Shown in pieces: positions 54,065 through 64,000 of a DNA stretch of 64,000 nt. The stretch's first letter is position 1. Each line of letters begins with the position of its first letter. The stretch comes from an uncultured Nitrososphaeraceae archaeon (GTDB lineage Archaea; Thermoproteota; Nitrososphaeria; Nitrososphaerales; Nitrososphaeraceae). The notes under the pieces were generated by a model, which did not search any database, was not told the DNA's origin, and was given only the letters and a program-made list of their open reading frames with translations. The translations under genes were made by a program, and so were the position numbers. The stretch spans positions 64,001 through 128,000 of the forward strand of contig CAWIMJ010000012.1 of NCBI GenBank assembly GCA_963837175.1, read 5' to 3'.

Positions 54065-54601
54065 CTAATGTGTACGTTGTTGTCCCGCGTCACGGGATTT
54101 TTGGTTATGATGTGACAATTGAGAGTTGTTACTAGTAGTACTAGTAGAACTGCCTTTTTGCAACATCTGGTTTACTTGTGCTTGAATTTGTTCCATACGC
54201 ATTGATATTTGTTCTTTTTGGCTAACAAGTTGTCTTAATGCAACCTCAAATTCTTTAATTTTAGATTCAATGTAGTTAATACTGTCTTCTTTACTTTTTT
54301 CTATAATAACATCTGCACCTATATTTATCAACAATTTCTTTACAGGTGGGACTAAGGCTTTTATATAAACTCCAATTCCAACAGGCATAAATGATTCAAC
54401 TTCAGAATCAGTCGGAACATTTTGAATAGCATTAGAAGCCAGTCGTGCTTCTTCCAATAATCTCGTTACCGTAGTCTCTCGACTAATGTTATCATTCAAA
54501 TAGGCTTCAAGAACTCGTGATTGCTGAACCAGTTCATTGATTTTTTGCTCTATTGAAGCAGCCTGTTGATGATGGCGTAGCTCATCGCTCATTAAGGTCA
54601 A
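54065..54601 (-). CDS. pfdA: Prefoldin alpha subunit
   Basis: MPVGIGVYIKA...LINIGADVIIEK hairpins between coiled coils; upstream of ftsY as is usual in archaea. Confidence 0.9.
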   Translation of the reverse strand: MTLMSDELRHHQQAASIEQKINELVQQSRVLEAYLNDNISRETTVTRLLEEARLASNAIQNVPTDSEVESFMPVGIGVYIKALVPPVKKLLINIGADVIIEKSKEDSINYIESKIKEFEVALRQLVSQKEQISMRMEQIQAQVNQMLQKGSSTSTTSNNSQLSHHNQKSRDAGQQRTH

Positions 54602-54764
54602 TTTCCAGATCTATCTTATAACTGTGACTAAATATCTTATAATAGAATATTATCTCTAAAAGGTGAAAATTTTAAAAGATGTATAACAAGTTAACACACT
54701 TTTTCAAAGGTTAAAATTTTCAATATTGTTATAATTTATTATTAGTTAACCATACTATCTCATT

Positions 54765-55589
54765 GTGGAACCCTACTTTACTGTTGTTGCTTCGAAACAG
54801 GATATAGCAAGTATGACTATGGCTAATTACCTCCGATATGGCAAAGGTTTCTCTTTATATAATAAGAATAATAATACAGAGTATTATACCTCTGAAGTAT
54901 ATAAAAAAATTAACCTCAATATCTCTAATGAAAGCTTACTCTACATAGAAGATTTAGATACAAAATATCCGTGTTCCAAAGCCTTTATTTTTTTATCAAA
55001 GCATAGATCTGAAAGCGCAATCCCTACTTTAACTTGTCATTGCACTGGAAATTATGCAGATAATCCATACGGTGGAAATCCGCAGGAGTTAGCAATGTCA
55101 TATCCATATTTACAAAAAAGATATCTACAGGAAATTAATAATGCTAAACCATTTCTTAGGCATTATGAGATTGTTATAGAAGCAAGCCATCATGGACCTA
55201 CATCATTAAAAAAGCCAGTCTTGTTTATTGAAATTGGTTCTTCAGAAAGGCAGTGGATTGACAGAAAGGCAGCTTCTATAGTATGCAATTGTCTGCTAAG
55301 AGTACTCGAAAATGGATTAGGACAATGTAAAAAAGTTGGAATTTGCTTAGGAGGGACACATTATCCGTCAAAATTTAACAAATTGTTATTGGAGTCGGAA
55401 TTCGGCCTCGCTGCTGTGGCTCCAAAACATAATTTAGAATCGGTTGATAAAGATATGTTAAATCAAATGATTGCAAAGAGTATAGAAAAAGTTAGATATA
55501 TAATAGTTGACTGGAAAGGACTTGGTAAGGAAAAGAATAGAATAATGAGACTAGTAGAAAACACTGGTCTCGAAGTGTTGAGAGTTTGA
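54765..55589 (+). CDS. dtdA: Archaeal D-aminoacyl-tRNA deacylase (DTD2)
   Basis: FLSKHRS, LTCHCTGN, EASHHGPT, FIEIGS, GGTHY. Confidence 0.9.
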   Translation: MEPYFTVVASKQDIASMTMANYLRYGKGFSLYNKNNNTEYYTSEVYKKINLNISNESLLYIEDLDTKYPCSKAFIFLSKHRSESAIPTLTCHCTGNYADNPYGGNPQELAMSYPYLQKRYLQEINNAKPFLRHYEIVIEASHHGPTSLKKPVLFIEIGSSERQWIDRKAASIVCNCLLRVLENGLGQCKKVGICLGGTHYPSKFNKLLLESEFGLAAVAPKHNLESVDKDMLNQMIAKSIEKVRYIIVDWKGLGKEKNRIMRLVENTGLEVLRV

Positions 55590-56197
55590 TATAGTTATTG
55601 CAGCTAGCGCACTAACTTGTGAGAATGCTATGGTAACAAAACAGACTGACATTAGATATACTATATCAAATGAGTGATGAATGATCAGCAATCTGAAAAT
55701 GGCGACAATCACTATGTAGATAGTCTCTCTATATAGTGAGAATAGGAATTGATATAGTGGCGTAGAATAATTGATATACTGAAAATGAAGAGGAATTTTT
55801 ATGAGTCTTGAAAGAGAGCTAGGAAGAAATTGAATATATTAATAAAGGTCTAAAGCTCCTTTGCATTAGTATTCCTCTAGAATTTGTTGAACCATAGTCC
55901 CATTTATTCTGTACTGTTCATGATTATCTATTAATAATACAATCGAAATGAAAATGATTGAGACATGAGGAATATATCTGGAAAGCTACAAGAAATTCAA
56001 ATTATGAACTTCTATAACTCAAAAGGTATTAGGAAGTATCTATTCTATTGAATAATTGAAATCGGTTACGAGTAAGTATACTCTAGAAATTACCTATAAT
56101 TCCATTATTTTTAGTAGATATTTTCATAAAGGCTGTTATATTTACAGTGCAGATAATCTTTAATGACCAAAAATGATAGAAAAACAAAAATTTCTTA

Positions 56198-56453
56198 ATG
56201 AAAGATAAAGTTTACAAGTTATAATGAGAAGCCCTGCAGGCAAATTGCAACATAGAGATATTACTTAGGCTCTGGGTCCTCTTTTTGCTGCGCGTCCAGT
56301 AGATAATATTCTAAAAAAAAATCCAAATCCAATAGTAGTTCCATGCCATAGAATTATTTGTTCAAATGATAAGATAGGGGTTATGCCTATGGGTCGGCAG
56401 TGAAAGGAGAACTATTGGAAAAGGAAGGAATATATTTCACAAAGGGATTGTGA
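56198..56453 (+). pseudogene. ogt: Degraded O6-methylguanine-DNA methyltransferase
   Basis: PAGK...DIT*ALG...AARPVDNILKKNPNPIVVPCHRII, then a frameshift to GYAYGSAVKGELLEKEG; not in the ORF track. Confidence 0.85.
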
Positions 56454-56505
56454 AGGGTTTGGTATATGTAGAGTAGTTTTAAAAAAAAGCGAAAACAATA
56501 CGAAG

Positions 56506-56952
56506 TTAACGGGTCTTTGACTGCTTTATAAGATCGCGCAGGTGGGCCAATGATCGCATCTGACCTCCACTAACCTTTCTATAAAGAGACCAATACGTTT
56601 CTCTATTAATATCATTCCTGTCCTTTAACACCTTTAAATGATATCTCATAGATCTAACTTTGATGACATGTATTTCTTTCTTACCAGTTCTTGCTGACTT
56701 TTTTCCTTTCTTTGAACCTGCGCCCGTCCCATGTTTTCTGCGTATAGCAAGTTTTGCTTCGGCGCGTGCTCTTGAAGTTCCTTTTGGTTTGATAGTCCAG
56801 ATTGTCCCACTCTTAATCAAAGAACGAAGGTTTTCACGAGTAATAGAATCCGCTACATCATCAAGCTTATCTGGCTCAAACCTTACTCTATTTGCACCTA
56901 CGTCCAACATTCTTGCTATTAATTCTCTTTTTTTTCTTATGTTTACTACCAT
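56506..56952 (-). CDS. rpl19e: 50S ribosomal protein L19e (ORF track start 57015)
   Basis: KRELIARMLDVGANRV, AITR-like SITRE, GAGSKKGKKSAR. Confidence 0.95.
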   Translation of the reverse strand: MVVNIRKKRELIARMLDVGANRVRFEPDKLDDVADSITRENLRSLIKSGTIWTIKPKGTSRARAEAKLAIRRKHGTGAGSKKGKKSARTGKKEIHVIKVRSMRYHLKVLKDRNDINRETYWSLYRKVSGGQMRSLAHLRDLIKQSKTR

Positions 56953-56953
56953 C

Positions 56954-57382
56954 TCAGAGTTCCTCCTTATCTTTTCTCTCTTCCTCATCCTTTTTTGAGG
57001 CGAGTTTACCAGCATTCAAGAGTTTAATACCCATGCTAGTAGCCTTTGCAATGATTTCTTTTCTTTTTCTTGTTCCTACTGTATGTCCCAATCTAGCAGC
57101 ATCTTTTTTCGGATCTAGTTTGGTAAGATCATTTACATTGAAAACAAGATTATCAGTATATCCTGACGGATGCAATCCTCTTGCTGCTTTCGGACCTCTA
57201 TAACCAATCTTAACAAGTGCAGGTACGCCAGACACTTGCTTTCTCATTTTGTTGTCTTTACCTTTAGGTTTCCTCCAGTTCTCAGATAAGCGGTCATATC
57301 TCCAACTCTCTTGTCTGACAAATTTTGGTCTTTTGTCAGAAATTTTCTTCCTAGCCTGGAGTAATTCCTTATTAATAACCAT
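56954..57382 (-). CDS. rpl32e: 50S ribosomal protein L32e
   Basis: RPKFVRQE, WRKPKGKDNKMR, GYRGP, RGLHPSG. Confidence 0.96.
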   Translation of the reverse strand: MVINKELLQARKKISDKRPKFVRQESWRYDRLSENWRKPKGKDNKMRKQVSGVPALVKIGYRGPKAARGLHPSGYTDNLVFNVNDLTKLDPKKDAARLGHTVGTRKRKEIIAKATSMGIKLLNAGKLASKKDEEERKDKEEL

Positions 57383-57620
57383 AGTGATATCAATAAAAAT
57401 TTTAAATAAATATGTTTCTCAGATGTTCATTTATTACTTTCGAAAGCAGACAAACAAGAAATTGGAATATACTCAGCTTTATCAGATATAAAAAATACAA
57501 GTAATATTTCAAGGTCTTACAAGAAAGTAGTATATTCTAAAATCTATTGTATAACTGGGCACATAATAATAGCTATTGTCATTATATAGTAATATTTTGC
57601 TCTAAACTAAACACATAGCA

Positions 57621-57634
57621 GAAAGGGTTAATAG
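57621..57634 (+). promoter_or_regulatory. Putative BRE-TATA for sod (likely leaderless)
   Basis: gaaaggg-ttaata about 26 bp upstream of ATG 57659. Confidence 0.45.
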
Positions 57635-57658
57635 TTCCATCTTTGGTTTATAGGGAAG

Positions 57659-58282
57659 ATGAAAAAATATGAATTGCCTCCATTACCATACGCATATGAT
57701 GCACTAGAACCACATATTGACGCAAGAACTATGGAGATACATTACACCAAACATCATCAAACTTATACAGATAAACTCAATGCAGCACTTGAAAAATGTC
57801 CTCCTGAAGTTCAAGAAAAAGACATTGAGGAAATATTATCGAATCTTGATCAAGTTCCGGCTGACCAAAAAAGTGCAATCAACTTTAACGGCGGAGGATT
57901 CGATAACCATCGAATATTTTGGAACAATATGAAACCAAATGGTGGAGGTGAACCAAGCGGATCTATTGCTGATGCAATAAATACATCGTTTGGAAGTTTT
58001 TCAGCCTTTAAAGAGAAATTCTCTTCTACTACCGTATTGATTCAAGGTAGTGGTTGGGGATGGCTTGTCTATAATCCTTCTACCAATAAAGTAGAATACA
58101 AAACAATGCCAAATCAAACAAGCCCAAGAACAGAAGGTTTGATCCCACTCTTAGGATGTGACGTATGGGAACATGCATACTATCTCAAATATCAAAACAG
58201 AAGACCTGACTACGTTTCTGCTTGGTGGAATGTTGTAAACTGGGATGATGCAGCAAATCATTTTGAGAGAGTAAAGAAATAA
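57659..58282 (+). CDS. sod: Fe/Mn superoxide dismutase
   Basis: LPPLPYAYDALEPHI, HYTKHH, NHRIFW, GSGWGWL, DVWEHAYY. Confidence 0.97.
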   Translation: MKKYELPPLPYAYDALEPHIDARTMEIHYTKHHQTYTDKLNAALEKCPPEVQEKDIEEILSNLDQVPADQKSAINFNGGGFDNHRIFWNNMKPNGGGEPSGSIADAINTSFGSFSAFKEKFSSTTVLIQGSGWGWLVYNPSTNKVEYKTMPNQTSPRTEGLIPLLGCDVWEHAYYLKYQNRRPDYVSAWWNVVNWDDAANHFERVKK

Positions 58283-58869
58283 AAGAAATTTTTGAGTCAC
58301 ATGATAAGATTATGAATGACAAAAATCCCTAATCAGTTGATGGCACACACAAATACTCAATCTTATAGTTATGGAATAGAATGAGGATACTCTTAAAAAA
58401 CCACAAAAATTGGCGTTAGTTCATTCAGCATAGCTAGATCATTACTGTATTACGAAAGAATGGGATCGATGAGCTGTTATTTTAAGAATATCTCTACATT
58501 CTATGTAATTTGCAATTCAAACCCACGTTTATGAAGATAGATTGAAAGGATTGAATTGACCGTAATTATGTATATGCAAATATTGCTCTATCAACTTCCG
58601 CTAACAAAACGAATTTAGTTTGCTAATTAATTATAATCAAATAGTCTAAGTATTTGATCCTAATGTATATACTGCCCTTAAATTGCGCCAATGGAGTTAG
58701 CCTTCCATCACTATTGCCAAAATCTCTGGAAGATATAGATCAGTACGCCAAATTAGTATACCATATACATAAGAGATAGAAAACGTGTTCAAAATTCATT
58801 GCTTGATAAATTATATGCTATGGAAAAAGCAAAACGTCTTAATGATATTACAGAATTAAGCAGAGAATT

Positions 58870-59640
58870 ATCTTAGACGGCCAAAATTGTATTGGCATAT
58901 CAATGATTTCAAGTATTTAAATCCTACTGCTATTGCAATAACTCCCATTTATTAATAGTATAGTCAAGAGAATTATTGCTGCAACAATTGTTATTATTAT
59001 CAAGAAAATATTAGTCCAAGGAGACCACCATCAGATTCTGATGGTGGTGGTTATTGTTGAGGTTCAGTATTGGTTGTTGTTGCGATGATGTTCCTGATGA
59101 CTCTTCTCTTGGAGGAACCATTGGGGTAAGCAGCGCCACCGGCAGCAGCATCAATCTTGAATGAATCAATCATTTTTTGTGCAGTTGGCAGATAACCTGA
59201 GAATTGCGATGCTGCAGTCAGCTCATTCCCGCTACCTTCCTTCTTCGGTACTTCAATTCTTATCTTAGATGTGAATTTATAGATTTTATATAAAATTAAT
59301 AATAAATCAGCAACAGCGGACGAAGGAGGAGAGGAAGAAGAAAAAAGGAATAGTACTATCACAACCACCATTATTAAAAACACTAGAGGACATGCTCTAC
59401 AATAGAATCAAACAACAGAAAGGTGAAATGCACAAGTCCTAGAACACAGCTTATAGGGATAGCCTGTGGACAGAGATAGAGACATTGCAATGGGTGTTAG
59501 AAGAGTTTTATTATCAGAAGACAACTGGGGAAATAGGATGAGCGATAATACTACTACTAGGGAGCAATACTAGTGATAGTAGTTGTGGAATAAATGCTAG
59601 AAATAATAAATAAATAAATAAATATTGTTTTATTATTGTC
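58870..59640 (-). pseudogene. Fragmented secreted/surface protein gene
   Basis: Scattered frames give a signal-peptide-like 5' part, the motif YLPTAQKMIDSFKI and a C-terminal TM segment (WTNIFLIIITIVAAIILL); frames are broken. Confidence 0.4.
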
Positions 59641-59720
59641 AAAACTAAACAGTACCCAGATTAAAATATATCCTCTAGTGTATTATTATATTATAGAACT
59701 ACTGATAAGAATAATCTACT

Positions 59721-60146
59721 ATGAAGACAAAGTCTTTGATAATATCCATTTCCTCTGGACTGTTTCTTACCTTTGCCTTTTGCAGTAATATCGTATATGC
59801 GGAATTACAAGATATAGGAGTAAAAATTTCCTCACCCAGTACAGGTCAAGAAATTCCGGTAGGCGAATTAACTATATTTGGAACCTCCACAGATAATGAA
59901 ACCACTTCTTGCCAGGTTCAAGTCGATGTAAATGACACAAAACCATTCCAGAATGCAACAGCAACTGGCCCGATGCATGAAAATGATTATTCAACGTGGA
60001 TTTTTTCATATACACAAGACTATCGTCTTATTAGAGAAGGCGTAAATGAACTAACTGCCAAAATATCTTGTCTTTATGGGCCCGTCAGTTTAACGAAATA
60101 TAATACTGTAAACGTTATAGGAGTAAATAAAGAGCAAGATCAATAA
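59721..60146 (+). CDS. Secreted beta-rich (Ig-like) hypothetical protein
   Basis: Signal peptide; VKISSP...LTIFGTSTD...CQV...GVNELTAKISC. Confidence 0.75.
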   Translation: MKTKSLIISISSGLFLTFAFCSNIVYAELQDIGVKISSPSTGQEIPVGELTIFGTSTDNETTSCQVQVDVNDTKPFQNATATGPMHENDYSTWIFSYTQDYRLIREGVNELTAKISCLYGPVSLTKYNTVNVIGVNKEQDQ

Positions 60147-60179
60147 TAATAACATAAATGGCATTATAGTTGTCATAGT

Positions 60180-60371
60180 TTACAATGAACCTTTTCTATT
60201 ATTACTTTTTCTCTTCACAATAATTGAAGATATAATATATAGCAAAAATCCACTAATGGTCATGATTATCCCATAAAATGAAATTGCGCCTCTATCTAAA
60301 TAACTTCCAATCCCTACTAATATAGCTCCCATAAATAATAATCCTAGTCCTGCGCGTGCAGAACCGGGCAT
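60180..60371 (-). CDS. Small two-TM membrane protein (ORF track start 60425)
   Basis: MPGSARAGLGLLFMGAILVGIGS...ISFYGIIMTISGFLLYII, basic tail. Confidence 0.6.
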   Translation of the reverse strand: MPGSARAGLGLLFMGAILVGIGSYLDRGAISFYGIIMTISGFLLYIISSIIVKRKSNNRKGSL

Positions 60372-60481
60372 TCTAATTTTCTTTGCTGTTGACAAGGTCC
60401 TGTAGACAAAAACAACATTAGGCAATAATATATTTGTGAATGTTTTTATTAAACATAATTTTTTCCTTATTCCATATTACC

Positions 60482-61525
60482 ATGAAAATTGCAGTCGTTG
60501 GAATAGGAGTTGCTGGAGCATATCTTATGAATAGATTAAGTGATGATCATGATAATCAGGTAGTAGGTTTTGAGAGAATGGCCAAAGCCCAACATGATGC
60601 TGTATGTGCATGGGCAACATGTCAAAATGTAATGTCAGGTTTAGCAAAAAATTGCGGCCTGAATTTTGATCAATATATTCTACATGATGGAAAATATATG
60701 ACGGTTGACCTTAAAGAAACCAACGGCAGTAGAAATAACAGTATAGATATTCGTTTAAAGGGGATGGTCAGTTATGATAAGTTAAAATTAATCCAAGACA
60801 TGATTAGGGGTACAAAAATAGAATATGGTAAAATGCCAAAGAAAGAGAACCTTGAATCAGATTTTGATATCATTATTGATTCAACCGGATTTCATCGAAA
60901 CTATCTTCCAAAACCAAAAAAAGAGATGTGGATCCCATGTGTCCAATATAAGGTAAAATATGACGGTGATAATGTTCCGTATGACGATTTCTACCTTCGG
61001 GCATTTCCTTCAATGACTGGATATTTCTGGTATTTTCCACTCGAAAATGGCTATGCGCATATAGGAGCAGGGGATTTTGAAAGAAGACAGAATAATAAAT
61101 TTGTCAATGAATTTTTGAAAAAATATAAATGCGAGGTTATAAAAAAAGTTGGAAGACCTATTCGAATTAGTCCACCAGTAAATTGCGAACCATTTACAGA
61201 TGGCAGAAAAACAGTTGGCGTAGGCGAGTCGATAGGAACCGTCTATCCATTACTAGGTGAGGGAATAATTCCTGCCACGTGGTGTGCAGAATTATTCGTT
61301 CGACAATTGCATAAAAATATAAATGCATATAGGGATGTTGTATTGAAAAGATTTGGAATATACGCACTCGTGTTCAATTTTATCCAAATGAAAATATCAG
61401 GAAAGTTCAATATGATAAGGCATTCGTATGATTTATTAAAAATATATAATCACATGAAAAAAGAGGAAAATCGTTATGGAATGGAAATCAAAATTGCGGA
61501 TATGATAAAAATTTCAAAGGTTTGA
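60482..61525 (+). CDS. FAD-dependent oxidoreductase, geranylgeranyl reductase family (ORF track start 60440)
   Basis: MKIAVVGIGVAG dinucleotide fold, GYFWYFP, VGESIGTVYPLLGEGI. Confidence 0.85.
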   Translation: MKIAVVGIGVAGAYLMNRLSDDHDNQVVGFERMAKAQHDAVCAWATCQNVMSGLAKNCGLNFDQYILHDGKYMTVDLKETNGSRNNSIDIRLKGMVSYDKLKLIQDMIRGTKIEYGKMPKKENLESDFDIIIDSTGFHRNYLPKPKKEMWIPCVQYKVKYDGDNVPYDDFYLRAFPSMTGYFWYFPLENGYAHIGAGDFERRQNNKFVNEFLKKYKCEVIKKVGRPIRISPPVNCEPFTDGRKTVGVGESIGTVYPLLGEGIIPATWCAELFVRQLHKNINAYRDVVLKRFGIYALVFNFIQMKISGKFNMIRHSYDLLKIYNHMKKEENRYGMEIKIADMIKISKV

Positions 61526-61855
61526 AGAAGTTGCATATAATGGATATATTAATAACTACGTTAGTCCAGAGCAATTATATCTGAAAAATACGATCTTTCA
61601 AAATCATTTTTTTGCTGCCTATCATTTCCACTGTGAGGAACAGTTGTTATATAGATCGATTTTGATCTACGATTCCCTATGTCCACACCACACTAGTCGT
61701 TGCATTATATGATATCAGAAAATGAAATATGTGAATTTTATTTTTTTTGACTCTTTCAAATGTCAGTATGCTCTATTTGTGTTAATAAGTTTCAAATTAG
61801 ATAATTCGCTATCTTTCTTATCAATCAATAGAGAATTAAAATCACTAATTTTATC

Positions 61856-62395
61856 TCATATCGTATGCTTTGCAATAATTGCCTTGATTCTTTCTATACC
61901 ATGTATATCTTCTACAACTTTAGCAGTCTGAATGGTAACGAGTTCTTTCCAATCTTCATCCTTTGCCATCCTTGATCTAACTTCTGTTGCAGACAATTCT
62001 TTTCTTCGATACAAAGATGGTTCAACGACTTCTATCTCTCTTTGTTTAAATAGAAGAGCAGTAAGAATGTCATTTGTAAAAACTACATTGTATTTCGGAA
62101 CTAGAATATCCACCTGATGTGTCCACAGAGAATGCATGTTTACATCAGAGACAGGAATCAGGAGTATTTTTTTCATATCCACACTACTATCTTCCACTAG
62201 CGAATCTTTAATCATCTGAATACGTTCACCTGCGGTAAACGGGTTTTTAATCTCATGACTGGTCTGTGCACTTCCTATTATTATTATGAGCTCTTCTAAT
62301 CTACTTAATGCAAACTTGACAGTAGCAAGATGTCCTAAATGGAACGGTTGAAATCTGCCTACAAATAATCCCTTAGACATCACTGTTGTAACCAA
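61856..62395 (-). CDS. nadM: Nicotinamide-nucleotide adenylyltransferase
   Basis: GRFQPFHLGH, GSAQ, NPFTAGER, LSATEVR. Confidence 0.93.
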   Translation of the reverse strand: MVTTVMSKGLFVGRFQPFHLGHLATVKFALSRLEELIIIIGSAQTSHEIKNPFTAGERIQMIKDSLVEDSSVDMKKILLIPVSDVNMHSLWTHQVDILVPKYNVVFTNDILTALLFKQREIEVVEPSLYRRKELSATEVRSRMAKDEDWKELVTIQTAKVVEDIHGIERIKAIIAKHTI

Positions 62396-62641
62396 TCAAT
62401 GTTATAATTAAGTAATTTGAGGTAAAAGAAAATATTCTTTGAGTATTGGGAACGATTTATATCAAGTTATTAAAGTTTGATTAATAATTATGAGTATTAT
62501 GTGATCACATGGCATTCTGCTAGGCGCTGTTGATTTAAAGTACGTATTATCTGATACTATGTAAATATAATTGAATATTATGCCTCATGAGATGTTTGCT
62601 AATAATGATGATGACGAAAATGATGAATCATTGCTCTTTTA

Positions 62642-62910
62642 CTAGCACTTATTATGATCTGTCCGTTTATCAGGTATATGCATGAAGCATTCTGATAATG
62701 ACAAAAAAAGATGCCGTATAGTTGCTAGTCGGAATCGAAAAATTAGGTTGATTGACGTTACTGCTATTGCAAGTGAAAATTGAGCATTCTTATTCAATCC
62801 TTGTATTGCAAAATTTATAAATTCATGATATTCCTTCTTATGTTCGCGATTATTATCCATAATTAAGTAGAGAATAGGCATAATACTTAAAGTAATTAGG
62901 GTTAATTTTT
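62642..62910 (-). pseudogene. Truncated paralog (5' part only) of the 4882-5400 membrane protein, with shared upstream sequence
   Basis: MDNNREHKKEYHEFINFAIQGLNKNAQFSLAIAV vs MDNNNDGERKKAYHELINFAIQGMGENAQFSIAIAV; similarity ends abruptly near 62760. Confidence 0.8.
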
Positions 62911-63361
62911 TCTGTTTTAAAAGACGCTAAAAAATTGAATAGTCGATTAAAGATAATCACTTTTGCCTAACTTCTAATGTCCTGCATAAACAAATTGCTT
63001 ACACATTGCTAGTAATATCAAAAAAATATTGTCTGCCTCTGGAAAATCATTTTAATATGCGTATAACTTTTTTGTTCATTTGAATAGCATAATAGATCGG
63101 TAAATTTGCAAATGTTTACGGCATATTATTATAAGATAGAATGGAGTGTCAAACATACATCTTTCATTTTAAATTAATTATATTTTAAGTTAATTATATA
63201 TCTTAACCTGACCCAAATTCTTAGACTTCTTGCAGCAGCAAGGTTTAAGCTGACTTTGTTGTAATCTTACTCAATATTGGCGTTCAAAGAGCATTGATAG
63301 TGAACCAATCTATTCAAAGTAAGTGTTTTATCTTTCTAATTCAACAAAAAGACAGACTCAC

Positions 63362-64000
63362 GTGTTAAAAATTGATGGATCTTATGGTGAAGGAGGAGGA
63401 CAGATTTTACGTAGCATCGTTTCCCTTTCAGCAATAATAGGCAAACCGATAGAAGTTATAAATATTCGAGCCAAACGTCAAAATCCTGGCCTGCGGCCGC
63501 AGCATTTGTTTGCAATTAAGACAGTAGCAGACCTGTTTCATGCGACTGTAGAAAATTTGGTGGTCGGATCAGACTGGATTAGATTCATTCCAAAATCTGA
63601 CAAATTTGAAGAGAGTAAGATCAAAATCAATGTTGGTACGGCAGGCAGCATCCCATTAATACTACAAACTGTAATCCCTGCAGTCTCTCTTTCAGGCAAA
63701 AGTCTTTGCATAGAGATTACTGGTGGCACAGATGTAAAAATGAGTCCTACAATAGATTATTTACGGTATATTGTAATGCAAGCATATCTAAGCATTGGCA
63801 TAAAGTTCAGCATAGAAATTTTAAAGAGAGGGTATTATCCAAAAGGAGGAGGCATAGTACAATCGGAGATAAGTCCATGTAAAACACCAAATACTCTTGA
63901 CCTTTTGAATATACATTATGTTGAACCAAAAATAGCAAGTGTATGCAGTCAACTTCCCAAACATGTTTCAGAACGCCAGATTTCATCTGCTCTTTTAAAA
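63362..64000 (+). CDS. rtcA: RNA 3'-terminal phosphate cyclase (runs off the window end)
   Basis: Manual translation from GTG: LKIDGSYGEGGGQILRS...NPGLRPQH...TAGSI...GGTDV...RGYYPKGGG. Confidence 0.93.
   Translation, partial: MLKIDGSYGEGGGQILRSIVSLSAIIGKPIEVINIRAKRQNPGLRPQHLFAIKTVADLFHATVENLVVGSDWIRFIPKSDKFEESKIKINVGTAGSIPLILQTVIPAVSLSGKSLCIEITGGTDVKMSPTIDYLRYIVMQAYLSIGIKFSIEILKRGYYPKGGGIVQSEISPCKTPNTLDLLNIHYVEPKIASVCSQLPKHVSERQISSALLK

Noticed and set aside
1375-56270. Genome-wide amber (TAG) recoding suggested by in-frame TAGs in relic ORFs
   Set aside because: TAG ends conserved genes at their expected C-termini (adh, ino1, rad50, GNAT), so it is a normal stop.
33714-57491. Many short antisense ORFs in the track (e.g. 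34097, 34823, 38781, 46764, 53557, 56660)
   Set aside because: Shadow frames of well-supported genes on the opposite strand.
14221-64000. Clp1 kinase and RtcA as an RNA-repair system
   Set aside because: They are 48 kb apart, both are common archaeal housekeeping genes, and no ligase is linked.
1-64000. tRNA, rRNA or transposase genes
   Set aside because: No GC-rich structured segments, T-loop motifs in cloverleaf context or transposase motifs found by eye; a covariance-model search would be needed to exclude small RNAs.

Overview
AT-rich archaeal chromosomal window. Gene content (prefoldin alpha/beta, aIF-1A, rpl19e/rpl32e, archaeal D-aminoacyl-tRNA deacylase, Mre11/Rad50, SMC, class II HMG-CoA reductase, geranylgeranyl reductase-like protein, cyclase-receiver fusion, long degraded intergenic spacers) points to a soil ammonia-oxidising Nitrososphaeraceae (Thaumarchaeota) genome; this assignment is inferred from sequence style, not from a search. 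The right half is mostly housekeeping: smc, ino1, the his operon, hmgA, pfdA-ftsY-argF, rpl32e-rpl19e, sod, nadM and a partial rtcA. The left half is accessory: a GH1 glycosidase, decayed mobile-element remnants, a GNAT+amidohydrolase pair, an M23 peptidase and a cyclase-REC fusion. I found no rRNA, tRNA, CRISPR array or intact transposase. The most interesting signal is a HEAT-repeat protein (27773-28274) that looks like one half of eukaryotic deoxyhypusine hydroxylase, with two His-Glu motifs, and is a candidate homodimeric archaeal DOHH. Also notable are a GH1 with a non-canonical TIGEP acid/base motif, a standalone M23 peptidase, an arcadin-1-like protein and a GNAT/amidohydrolase couple. 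Five genes are each restored by removing one base, which suggests assembly indel errors, so apparent pseudogenes need read-level checking. All family calls come from motif recognition without database searches.
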